Origin: Phoronis australis
Taxonomy: Eukaryota > Animalia > Phoronida
Assembly (NCBI GenBank): GCA_002633005.1
Contig: NMRA01000692.1
Location: 135,933 to 199,932, forward strand
Direction: 5' to 3'
Length of the DNA stretch: 64,000 nt
The notes beneath the pieces are model-generated. The model was not told the origin of the DNA, did no database searches, and saw only the letters and a list, made by a program, of their open reading frames with translations. This document shows positions 53,601 through 64,000 of this stretch, one piece after another; within the stretch, counting starts at the first letter, position 1; each line of letters opens with the position of its first letter. Position numbers and translations under genes: made by a program.

Positions 53601-56600
53601 CTCAAACGGGTACACACAAATGGGTACACACAAATGGGTATGCACAAACGGGTATGCACAAACACAACAACTACAGTAAATGACTTCAGTTAGGGACGCA
53701 ACATGGTCAAAAGTCTTCAGTTTTGGGACACATTATGGTGGACATATGAAATTTTACTTTGTAAAATTTTTCAACAAAACTGACTCAGAAAATTATATTT
53801 TGCTTTTAACCTTTTTTGTATGCCATTGTTGTTGCAAAAACATTTGTAACGATGTTAAGTAAGCCTCTGAGAAACAGAAAAGTGACATTTTTTAAAATTA
53901 ATTTCCCACTTTGGAAAAAATTTACAGGAGAAGAATCTCAGAAGAAAATAAGCATCAGTAGAGAATCAAGCTCACAATGTTGTCACGTGCTTTTGGAAAC
54001 TGCACAGTCGTGGCACATGGTAGTGCAAGAACTTGCACCCTTTTGCGTGGCTGGTCGCAGGATTTTCAGTGTCATGTTAAAAGTACCAATATGGTTTTTA
54101 TGCATTGTGACTTGAGTGGATAAATGTTGTCTGCTTCATTGTAAAGTTGTGAAGCTGTCCTGTCTTCACTATTTCAGGAGTTGTTCATCGTCAACACAGA
54201 CACGAGAAGCATTACTAGACTAACTAAAGGTAGAGCTGATATTTGTTATTATAAAACGTGCTGTGCTTTTAATTTGTCAGTGTAGAAAAAAGATTCTTTC
54301 TCTTGTTATTTCTGCCTCCAGTTTCAGTAGCACGAGTAGGAGAGAGTTTCAACTTGTGTTGTATTCAGTCCTAGTCCGCTATGGCTTACTTCCCAGCAGC
54401 ACCCGGTATTGAAGCCATGACCTTTCATTTCAAAGCTCACCACTCTAGACAATATAGACACTGGCTGTTTGAGTTCACAGAGTAATGTTGTTACCCAATG
54501 AATGTTTACAACTAATTCACATATACTAAGGTATAGTGTTATACAACGCCCCCTGGTGCTGGACACTCATATTCGTACTTCACTGTGTTCTATTCAAGTC
54601 ATTTTGCCTCTTCTTCTTTTCCTTTAAAATTGTATCATTTGGGATATCACTTTAGTAGTTATTGTTATCATCTCGTACATTATTTAACTGTGTAGTAGTA
54701 ACTGTTATACTTTGGACCACCAGGCGTGGTTACTTTGCGAATAATAAATGTGTCAAAAGGTCAATGCTTCAATCCGATGCCGTCACGCGTTTAGCCAGTT
54801 ACAGTTAGTGTGTAGACGACAAAAGTAATCAGACAAAATACTCTTTCCCCATCATAATTGTTTCACTGGTACTTTCTAGATGACAAGATTGGCACCTGGT
54901 CTCTGCTGGACGTTCATGATGACATTATCGTGGCATCTGCCGCGTCACCATCAAGTCCAGGCAAGTTGGTGAGTTGAATTGTTGACATAATTTATGAAGG
55001 GATGCTTACATAGAGCAGACACCATTTTGTGAGAGAGGGGATTTTAACCATGTACCTGTATTGAGCATTCAGCGTAGTGGTATTCGTTTTGGATAATTTT
55101 CCATACGATTAGGAAATTCTATTTGTTGTATCATTTACAGAAATTTTGTCTCTTGATTCTTGAATCCTTTCCTTTTAAGAGTGATGACCTTGACAAATTG
55201 TGTGTCAGCCGGAAAGATGAACACCACTGCAGCAATGTCAATGTTTTTCAATTTGACAGTTTCTGAGGCAGTGTATCTCTTTAATACCTTAATTGGTCTT
55301 TTAATATTATGATTTTATGCAGGTGTTTGGTTTTTTACCTGGTGTGGGTGAGGAGCAAAGTATAAAATGGTGTTCTTTAGACCAAGAGGAGGCACAGCTG
55401 GAGGATGTATGCTGGACCATACTGAAGCACCATGTGCCTGAAGGTCATGTGAACAGAGGCAAGGATGGGTATTATGGTAAGTGTTCATGGTGTTGGGGCA
55501 TCAGAATAAGCACATATTTAGAAAGGATGAAATATAAGGTGACAGAAAGTCATGCGAATGCAGGCAGGGGTATGGGTGTTTTGGTGAGCTTTACCTTAGC
55601 GTTCACATGTTGTTGTACACCTTGGTGTCGGAATGCTGTGTGAACGGAGTCAAAAATGAGTATTGGGAATTTTATGGGGATGGCTTTGTACTTAAATATT
55701 TCAAGTAATGAGAAGTAGTTCCTATTTATTTAAATATCCTCTTTTCATGCATAATGTGCTCTACATATAATAAAAATCTCCCATTTTGTTTCAACTCTAG
55801 ATGGCTGACTGTTTTCAGTTCAGATATCAATCTGGTCTGCTGTTTTGGCTAAAAAGCATTCGCAGCAATCTTGTGTCTAGTATCGCACACACCAGGACCA
55901 TGTCCATTTATCTACCGTGCTTCACAGGGTCACTGTCTACCAATCAAAACATTTCTATCGTTGAGGTCATTGCTCATGTGATTAATCCTTTTTTCACACT
56001 AATACAACATTACCCATAATACCATGTCATTGGCAAACAAATTTCTGTTATGAAGATGATGGCACCTTTCGTTTTTGTGATGGATTGGACGTATTCTGCT
56101 CCAAGTAGTGGCTATTTTAATTTTTTTTACTTTGATTTTTGTCATATGCTTCTGTATTTGCCAAACTCCGCAGAGGATCATCATAACAAGAGCCTGACTG
56201 GTGTAGATTTTCTAATGAGCCCAACTGCTGTGGTGCCCCCTAGTGACATTTTTTTCATAACTGTATCTCTTACACCCCTTGAAAGATGATTTTGAAGCTT
56301 GCAGTTGTATTCCTATTAACTTGGAAGCAGATGGACAAATGTGACTAACACTGTCGTTCCTTATGGCAGTTTGTTTCTTAATATGTTAATTGCCTTCGTA
56401 CCTTTGGATTTCTTTGTCAGATTTTCGTGAAATTTGGAAAATAGTTTTGAAAGACGATGACACCTTCCTATTTTTGGATGAGTTCAATTTATTCTGTGCC
56501 ATCTAATGGTCATTTTTATGATACAAACAAACACCCCTAAAAGCAACACCGTTTTTAGTGGAGTCGTGGGTGCATTTCAACGTTTCTCATTAATCTGACT

Positions 56601-59600
56601 TATTCTAATGGAGAAGAAACTTATAACAATCAACATTTAGGGTGTGATACATTCTTGTGTAACTTTGTGTTTTGTGAAGCATTTGTTATAAGAGCCATGC
56701 AAATAATGACATTGGCAACTGTGTTTGTGAAACAACAAGTCTGCTGCAGTACACACTATCTAGTGACTAATGTCTGTTCCAGCTGACCTTGACTATGAGA
56801 GTGTCTTATTGACCCCCAAGGGCAGTGACACCCCGCCACTTATCATTTACCCTCATGGTATGTACTGTAAACTTTTAATGAAACTGTTAAATTTACAATT
56901 CAACCAGACCAGGAGAGTTTGTCTGACTAAGGTAACATCCAAAGGGCATAGTGTAATGACAAGAATATATTTACTTTGCTCGAGATGAGATATCTGACTA
57001 ATGCACAGTCATCCACCTTATGTTAGTTTTACTATTTCATAGTTTTTAATTAACGTCAATATCAAATAATTAATTAAACTGGCCATAAAGTCTCTAACAG
57101 AAGCCAGGTTTCAAACAGAATCAAGTTTCCAGTTAAATACAGGTTGTAGGCTCTGATTAGTTAAAACTTGGTCTCTGTTACTAGTTTTAAATACTGAACG
57201 TGTCTGTCATTTTTATTCGCCCCATATTTTTATGTGGACGCATTATGCCGTCATCTCCGTCTGTCCGGCATCCGTCCGGCGTCTGGCATTTGCTGCTAAT
57301 TCTCCAAAAGCCTTTGACGTACGTTCATGAAATTTTTGCGCATATGTTCCTTTCATGGATGAGACGGCATGAGCGAACTTTCGGACTGATCCAAGTACCG
57401 GTGTGCCCCCTAGTGGCAATTTTGTCTTTTTACGCTTACGTCTATATCTTTAAAGGTCCTCACCGTATTTTCATATAATTTGGCAAATAGGCATGTATTA
57501 GTAAGATGACGCTATCTTCCCATGGATGGATTCAACTTAGTTTGCGCCACCTAGTGGCCATTTTTGCTGTTTTCGAGTCTGTTTTTTGACGTCCACCCCT
57601 CTATCAACCAAACTGCTCTAAGCATGATTGTGGAAATTGGCATGTACGTTCTTACTATGAAGAGGACGACTGACGATAATTGTCCGATGATTTGGACTAC
57701 TGTGGCACCTCCTAGTGGCAATTTTAGTTTTACCTCTGTATCTTCAATTGTTCTTAACGGATTTTCACAAAATTTGGAATATATCTATTGGTGAGGGCTG
57801 TTCCAGTAAAATCCGTGTGGGGGGACGGCAGTAGAAATAAAAATTCATAGGTGGTGGTCTTTAGAAAAAAACTCAAATTATGGGTGGTCGTTCCTGTAAG
57901 CAGTGATGTATTAAAAATGGTTTTTTTTTTGACCTGTTACTGTTGACAGGTTGGTTACTTCAGCTGTGAAAACTCAAAAAAATGCATCTGGCATATATCC
58001 TAACTTATCCCAAAACAAAAACCCCATTTTGCCAGTGAACAGAGTGCAATATGTTCACTAAGCCATTAATCAAGTCATGGGCAACTTGATTTGACCAAAC
58101 TGTTTGTCTGCAGTCCTATTCAATTGAAAAGTTCTGCAACACTAAACTGGTGTTAACACATATAAGAAAATTGATGATTTTTAAATAAAAAGTATGAGGA
58201 TTAAGATAAACAAGTTCCAATATTCACTTGACATAGAAGTATAAAAGAGTTCGTGGAGACAGTTTGAGATTCATAGATCCTTATAATTGAAAAAATGTTC
58301 ATTGAAATTATAGGCACATGGTGAACAGAGACACCTGGTGGCTACCAAAAGTATTGCTCACAGGCTGCTTTAGTTTTTGACAATATTGGACAAGACAACT
58401 AGTTCTTGTCTGTCAATCATCTAAGTTCTTAACAGGTCCTCCTGGAGGCAATTTGTTTGCAAGTGTTGGATTTTATATTTTAACCTATTAAAAATAATTA
58501 AAAAATTATGGGTCATGGGTTGGAGAAATAAATGAAAAATATGGGCGGTGGGTACGAAATAAAAGTGCCTTCCCCCCCCTCCCATACAGATTTTGCTGGA
58601 ACAGCCCTGAGCTGATCCTCCCGTTTTCGTATGGAATCAAGGTACTTTGAGCTACCTAGTGGCCATTTTTTCTGTTTTCGAGGCTGTTTTTTTTTGGCGT
58701 TCACCCCTCGATCAAGCAAACCATTCTAAGGATGGTTTTGAAAATTGGTTTATATTTTCTCAGTGTGAAGAGGACAGTTGACGATAACGAATTCGACTAC
58801 TGTGGTGCCTCCTAGTGGTAGTTTTGTTTTGTGCCCATAGCTGCTTCTCCTAAACATACTGCAGGATCTTTATTACATTTAATTGTATTTATATGAAGCT
58901 AACAACAGATGACGACGTCTTTCAGGCGGATCCAATGAACGCTGTGCCTCATAGTGGCAATTTCATTTTTTCCGTTTTGTTTGTTTCTCTGAAGTTCGTT
59001 GACAGATTTTATGAAATTTGGTAGTTAGTTTTCTATTAAAAAAGCGATAGCATGTTCCTGTTTTCAGTTGGTTTGGACGTTGTTGCGCCATCTAGTGGCT
59101 ATTTTTATGAAACAAATAAACAACCCTAGAAGCACACCGTTTGTGGTGCATTCGTGGGCGCATTTCAACGCTCCGTGTTGCTCTTGTATATGAATGCTGT
59201 ACAGAGATACGGTAAAAATGTGACACATTGGAGCATACAAATGAAAGCTGGTGATACTCTGTGAGCTGCTTCTAAAGCATAGTTGTATCTCTTGGAAACT
59301 TGCTTTTAATAACAAAATTACAGTTTAGTCTTTTTGTTTAAAGTTTCTAAAGCACCTCTGTTTGTGATTTGTTTATTTCTCTATAAAGTGTACTTTGTAG
59401 GTGGGCCACATTCTGTATTTCCATCAGACTATATCGTCCAAACCAGTGGTCTTTGCAAATGTGGATTTGCAGTGCTCCTAGGTAGGATGCAGCTTCAACA
59501 TATACTGATTCAAACTTTTAAAACATGATTTTCTGCCCTTAATGTGACTTTCATTGGTTTTTGTCCATTTCATGTTATGTAGAGCCTTATGTGCATGTCT

Positions 59601-62600
59601 GTAAAGTTTGCTCAATATCTACAAAGCTGTAGTAATAGTACCTAGTATTTTGTGAGAGTAGAAAGCCAGTAGAATTTGAGTTGGGACTTTTGACTAAGCT
59701 TCCATTGACTGGGTCACATGATTATGTTTTTTCAGTGAAATTTAGCGAAAAAAGGTTCATGCATAGCAAAACAATGGTACAAGTAAACCAAACTTTGGTT
59801 TATGGAAATGTTCAACGTGAAGTCTCAAAAGTTGTGTCACAGTTTTTTGGATTACTATTTCATTTTCATTTTATCAAACTTTCATTTTTTTCCTTAAAAA
59901 TAAAACAGTTGTATTTTTCGTAACCCCTCATGTATGGGTCGAGCATTTTAAAAATAACTCCTAACTCCATTTTGCAGAACAGTGCATTAATTACAGTATC
60001 TGAAATTTTCGTGTGAATCTGATCAGTCATTTTTGAGATGTGATGTTCTGAATTGAGGCAAATATGGAAACTTGTCTTTGATGATATGTAAAGTTAAGCA
60101 CAACAAATGCTAAGAACCATCATTGGTGAACAATGTAAAATACTGTCTGCAGCAGTATTTGTTTTGTAAGTTTTGATTTTTGTAGTAAATTATCGAGGTT
60201 CAGCTGGATTTGGACAGTGGAGTGTGGACTCCTTGCCTGGAAATGTTGGGAGCCAGGATGTTTTGGATGTCTACGTATGAATTTTTTTAGTTTATGCTGA
60301 TTCTCTTTGTTTCCTGTTTTGACTCTCAAGATTGTAAAATGTAAACATCTGATTCGAATTTCAAGGTTTTGTTAAGAAAACAAAAGCCTGTTTTTTTACC
60401 TCAGCCATTGATCTCTCCATCCATGTTACGTGGAGATGGAATATTATGCATAATATTGTTCTTAATCACTCTTCAACATGTTTCATTCACTGTTGTGCCT
60501 AATTGAATTTTACTGATATCAAAATAATGAAATGAAAGGTGGAGTGATTATCTGGTCATCGTTTGTTTTCAGGATGCAGCCATGCAAGTGTTTGAAAGTG
60601 GAGTTGTTGATAACAAAAACGTGTTTGTAGCAGGAGGTTCTCATGGAGGCTTTCTTACGGCTCATCTGATTGGCCAGTTCCCTGTAAGTGCATCTGATTG
60701 GTCAGTTTCCTGTTAGTGCTTTGTTGATTCATATATAGAAGATAAAACAAATTTGTGGAGATAACTGCTCTATTGTTCACTGGTGTACTCAAGTCCGGTC
60801 GTCCCATGGGGTTGCTCAGACAGGTTACACAATAGAGGTCGCTCCAGTCATAAAGTTTTCTGCTATTCTTCTGCTCCTGCAGAATATACATCTCTAGCAC
60901 TCAGTTTTTATGAACTTTACTTTGAAAGCTCTTGCAAAATTCCTCTTGTAAACTAACACTTGTCTAGAATTTTTCTTGAAACTTGACTATTAAGCTGCGG
61001 TTCCACTGTCTACTTTTAAACTACGATTTTCTACGTGAACAGGTTTTCGCAAGAGCAAAAGTCGAAAGTGATTTTGATGTCATTCATTTCTTTCAGGCGC
61101 TTTCCAAAGCAGCTGTCTTAAGAAACCCAGTAATCAACATAGCTTGTAAGTGTTGTTTAGATACTATAGCATACCAGAAAACACAGTGATGATGATCTGT
61201 GGCATCTCAGTCAAACACAGTGATGATGATCTGTGATATCTCAGTCAAACACAGTGATGATGATCTGTGATATCTCAGTCAAACACAGTGATGATGATCT
61301 GTGATATCTCAGTCAAACACAGTGATGATGATCTGTGATATCTCAGTCAAACACAGTGATGATGATTTGTGGTTTCTCAGTCAAACACAGTGATGATGAT
61401 CTGTGATATCTCAGTCAAACACAGTGATGATGATCTGTAATATCTCAGTCAAACACAGTGATGATGATCTGTGGCGTCTCAGTCAAAGTTTTCCTTTTTA
61501 TGGCAAATGTAACATGGTATAAAAAGACAAAGGTGAAAGTAATGTTAATAGTTATGAAAATGGTTACATGTCCCTTTTCCGTTATAGAATCAAACTTTAA
61601 ACCATTTACTTGCCATTAAGATTATGTTGAACTTTACTGACCAGTCGGTGTATTATGCCAAATATCTACAAACTATAAATCTTAACTCTGTAGAAGTATT
61701 TTCTGAAAGTAGAAAGCCTGTGAAATTTTTGACTGTACGAATCTGTCATTGATTGGGTCACATGACCATGTCTTTTTAGTAAAATTTAGCAAAAAAAAAA
61801 CAAATTAAGGTATATTGATTGCCAAACAACGATGTCAATAACAACAATGTCAATAACAGCGGTGTCGATAACAACGGTGTCGATAACAACAGTGTCGATA
61901 ACATGGTCAAATATTGTTTGATATAAATTCCAAGGTGAGATCTTAAAAATGAAAATGCTGTAATTTCTGAAATATTGTTTCGTTTCCATTTTGTGCAGTT
62001 TCTAAGTTTTTCCATGAAAATTATGAAAGTTTTTGATAGTCCCTCATCCAAAATTAGACCACTTTGAAAACAAGTCCTAAAAACACTGTTTTTGGTCATG
62101 ATGCATAAAGCGTATCTGAACATTTCACGTGAATCTGATCATTCATTACTGAGATGTGATGTTTCTAAGAAGGCCTACATAACATTAACTCATATTACAA
62201 GTGGTTTTGGGCTTGGTAAAATTGTCAGCTGGTTCATGCTTGAGACCATAGCAACAATAACAACAGCAGCAGCAACAGCAGCAGCAACAACAGTAGCAGC
62301 AATAGCAACTGCGGCAACAGACCTGTCATAACAAGCCAACTTGTAGATCACTGTCTCGAGCAATAATGAAATGCCAGAAATCCTAGGGAAGACGTGGAGA
62401 CTAATAATACGTGGTCTAAATCAAAGGTAGGTTTTTGTGACAGAATACAGGTTTTAGAAATTATCAAAATTGTCTTGAGATTCTGGCAACGGCTTTGTCA
62501 TGGGCTAATGTTTGATAAGTCTGATGAAGTTTGATTTGCAAAGTTGTAAGAAATGTTATGTTGAAATATCAAGGGACGCTAAGTTACCGATGTCTAATCT

Positions 62601-63688
62601 TTTTGTCTTGCAGCAATGCTCGGAACCACTGATATCCCTGACTGGTAAATATGCCGTGTTCTTTTGCTCTGACTTGTCATGATGCAGTTGTAGTCGTGCA
62701 GCAGTGTAGTAATGACTCGTCTTCATTATTGAATCACACATTATACAAGTAAATGGCAGACGTTGATAGGCTACGGGTCAATCAAAAAGTAATTTCATTA
62801 CTTCGTTAATTTTTACACGGGAACTTGATTCTGATTTTCTTTATCACTTGACCTTCATTAGAAACAGCCCGTTTCACATCAACTTGAACTTCGTCAACAG
62901 ATTGGTACGACCAGTGATTTGGATACTTTTGCCATCTGTTGTTGAAACTAAACAAGAGATATCTGTAAAAACTTCTGGATTAGACATTTTCCTTGTCTAA
63001 GGAATGGTCACTACAATTCACTTCTGACTCATGACGTCGAAAACATTAGATCTGATAATGGAAAGTTGATGATACTGAAAAGTGTGCTAGGGTTTGTGAT
63101 TTTTCTCTACAGGTAAGTATTAAATATTACTTGTGGGCGGATGCATCCTTCTACTGCATCTGTAGCAGATTGTCACCCACCTTTACAGCTCAACATGTTA
63201 TATAACTTTTGTAATTACTGATATCTGTAGTAGTTTAGTTTGTCATAATATATATGACCTTTTATCTCGCCTACACGTGTTGTTTCACTGTAAAGTAGCT
63301 TTGGTATTGCTTCGCAGTTTGCTTATAAATATTAAGAGAAGAGAAATTGAATCTGTTTAGTGTAACAAAAAATTACTAAAATGTTTGAATATTGTGGTTT
63401 GAATAATGTGTTGCGACTTTTTTCACTCACAACAATTTTTCAAAACAAAACTGCTACTGAAGTTAACTCTATTACCCAATAAAGCACGAACATTCAGTAA
63501 AGTGCTTGTATTGTGCACCACAATAAGACACGTGTCTACTTCTAGTGGTGAAGAACAGAACTAGTCATGGATAATGTACTTGCAGGTGTTTGGTGGAATG
63601 TGGCATATCACATGACATAAACAAGGTGCCAGGTAAAGAAGCATACACTGCAGCCTGGGACAGGTCACCCATAAGATATGTAGCACAG
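38682..63688 (+). CDS. APEH: Acylamino-acid-releasing enzyme (acylpeptide hydrolase, S9 family); 3' end beyond the window
   Basis: Exons 38682-38699, 39254-39486, 40189-40279, 40879-40957 (second copies 42358-42544, 42882-42972, 43747-43825), 45276-45413, 47051-47187, 49314-49446, 50351-50472, 52881-52935, 53426-53529, 54178-54229, 54880-54968, 55323-55476, 56783-56857, 59401-59481, 60186-60274, 60573-60683, 61097-61145, 62614-62644, 63586-63688. Motifs EWTQRDLERME, PHGGPHS, VNYRGSAGFGQ, catalytic GGSHGGF, RNPVINIASMLGTTDIPDW, SPIRYVAQ. Confidence 0.97.
39557..39916. mobile_element. 360-bp MITE with 88-bp TIRs (TAGAG...CTCTA) and 5-bp TSD GGTCA; absent from the second copy
   Basis: TIRs 39557-39644 and 39829-39916 with one mismatch; GGTCA at 39552-39556 and 39917-39921; empty site TGGTCAGATC near 42610. 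Confidence 0.95.
41624..42357. other. Assembly gap (734 N)
   Basis: Run of N. Confidence 1.
42358..44484 (+). repeat. Near-identical second copy of 39300-41623 (APEH exons 2-4 and introns); probable uncollapsed haplotype
   Basis: Starts exactly at the right gap edge and ends with the same sequence (GGCCAGCACACAA) that ends the left contig. It differs by SNPs, a MITE and a roughly 170-bp indel. Confidence 0.9.
44689..45060. mobile_element. Truncated hAT-like terminus (CAGGGCTT, TTTCCGC subterminal repeats)
   Basis: CAGGGCTTGGAATTTTCCGCGGAAACGCGGATTTCCGC with repeated TTTCCGC in a CpG-rich patch; I found no matching right end. Confidence 0.4.
45968..46610 (+). repeat. Simple repeat (AATACAGTAG-like 5/10-bp units) with higher-order structure
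   Basis: Direct inspection; it explains the YCILLYSTV-type spurious ORFs. Confidence 0.95.
47580..49100. mobile_element. Non-autonomous Tc1/mariner-pogo-like DNA transposon (TA TSD)
   Basis: TA|CCGCATTTGCCCTAATAAG at the left and CTTATTAGGGCGAATACGG|TA at the right, with internal TAAGCGCCC-like subterminal repeats. Confidence 0.8.
47750..48045 (-). pseudogene. Degenerate HIRAN-domain-like ORF inside the TA-TSD transposon
   Basis: ESSICGFHGYKEI...YNPFDKYAASALKGLTIIRQVPQKISKTCALF, then after a frameshift LKHGGRLKCIVTRK*YYRHSGEALGLQIPCTMIF. This fits the pattern RG.H.Y...NP.D..AV.V....VGH.P...GG...C.VTG....GLEIPC of HIRAN-like proteins. Confidence 0.7.
49880..50165 (+). repeat. Tandem repeat with a period of about 85 bp, built from CTGGT(T/A)ATGACCAGTCA-like subunits
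   Basis: Direct inspection. Confidence 0.85.
50625..51160 (+). repeat. 53-bp minisatellite x10
   Basis: Unit CAGA(C/T)TAGAAGTGAGCTT(G/T)TCAATACCTGTG(G/C)CCAGGGTCTCATCTCTGAACT. Confidence 0.95.
51815..52650 (+). mobile_element. HINE/DINE-1-like element, same family as 57210-59187
   Basis: Same 5' inverted repeat (ATGCTCTCACATATTATGTGGGTGCAT), same internal units and same 3' end CGTGGGCGCATTTTAATGCTCTGCGTCGCTCTTGTT. Confidence 0.7.
53521..53662 (+). repeat. About 14-bp degenerate tandem repeat (AAACAGGTACACAC) starting at an APEH splice donor
   Basis: The first unit spans the exon/intron junction CAG|GTACAC at 53529/53530. Confidence 0.85.
56040..56610 (+). mobile_element. Degenerate HINE-like family fragment
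   Basis: GTGCCCCCTAGTG and GTGCCATCTAATGG units, with the family 3' end GTCGTGGGTGCATTTCAACG. Confidence 0.5.
57210..59187 (+). mobile_element. HINE/DINE-1-like non-autonomous Helentron with internal tandem units of roughly 160 bp
   Basis: 5' TTTTATTCGCCCATAT..ATGTGGACGCAT inverted repeat, a (GTCY)n-like tract, tandem units carrying CCTAGTGGC motifs, and a 3' GTGGGCGCAT subTIR followed by a short tail. Confidence 0.7.
57795..58607. mobile_element. PIF/Harbinger-like MITE (TSD TGA) nested in a HINE-like element
   Basis: TGA|GGGCTGTTCCAGTAAAATCCGTGTGGG ... CCCATACAGATTTTGCTGGAACAGCCC|TGA. The host repeat is continuous across the site in the copy near 35370-35400. Confidence 0.85.
61179..61487 (+). 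repeat. 34-bp minisatellite x9
   Basis: Unit AAACACAGTGATGATGATCTGTGATATCTCAGTC. Confidence 0.95.
62248..62320 (+). repeat. (CAA/CAG)n-like trinucleotide microsatellite, intronic
   Basis: Direct inspection. Confidence 0.8.
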
Positions 63689-64000
63689 GTGTGTACGATG
63701 AATACAAAATGAAATTATGTATAAAATGGTAACTTAGAAAACTGTCACACCGTTCCTGAGATTTATACCTTGAACACCTCTGCCAAACGAAATTTGGTCA
63801 ATGTTATTGATACTGTTGTTTTCCCATGAATGAACATTTCTTTTTGACAAAATTTTACTGAAGATGTGATCACGTGATCCAATCAATGGTAAATTGTTGA
63901 AATAAATAAAAAAATCTAAATTCTGCAGGCTTTTTACTTTCAGAAAATTTATTTTTAATTTTTTTTCTACATATTAGTTAAATGTTATTGTTTGTAATAC

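Noticed and set aside
62248-62320. Possible polyQ or poly-Ala/Thr coding tract
   Set aside because: It lies in an APEH intron with no supporting splice sites or homology.

Overview
AT-rich, intron-rich eukaryotic (metazoan, probably invertebrate deuterostome-like) genomic DNA, so the ORF track shows only exon fragments. I reconstructed five spliced genes by hand with consistent intron phases. (1) A minus-strand coiled-coil gene most similar to the meiotic double-strand-break factor IHO1/CCDC36 (Mer2 family), running off the left edge. (2) A C3orf84/CIMIP7-like HDNR-motif gene head-to-head with it. (3) MRPL42 on the minus strand. (4) A secreted coiled-coil + F5/8-type-C (discoidin) gene nested antisense in an MRPL42 intron. 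(5) APEH (acylaminoacyl peptidase), head-to-head with MRPL42 and running off the right edge. A 734-nt N gap is flanked by two near-identical copies of APEH exons 2-4, probably two haplotypes, and their comparison exposes a polymorphic MITE. Introns hold many non-autonomous DNA transposons (HINE/DINE-1-like elements rich in CTCF-like motifs, a TA-TSD element carrying a decayed HIRAN-like ORF, Harbinger-like and Academ-like MITEs) and minisatellites, including an 8-copy RFX X-box array. Gene identities rest on my recollection of human protein sequences, not on database searches.
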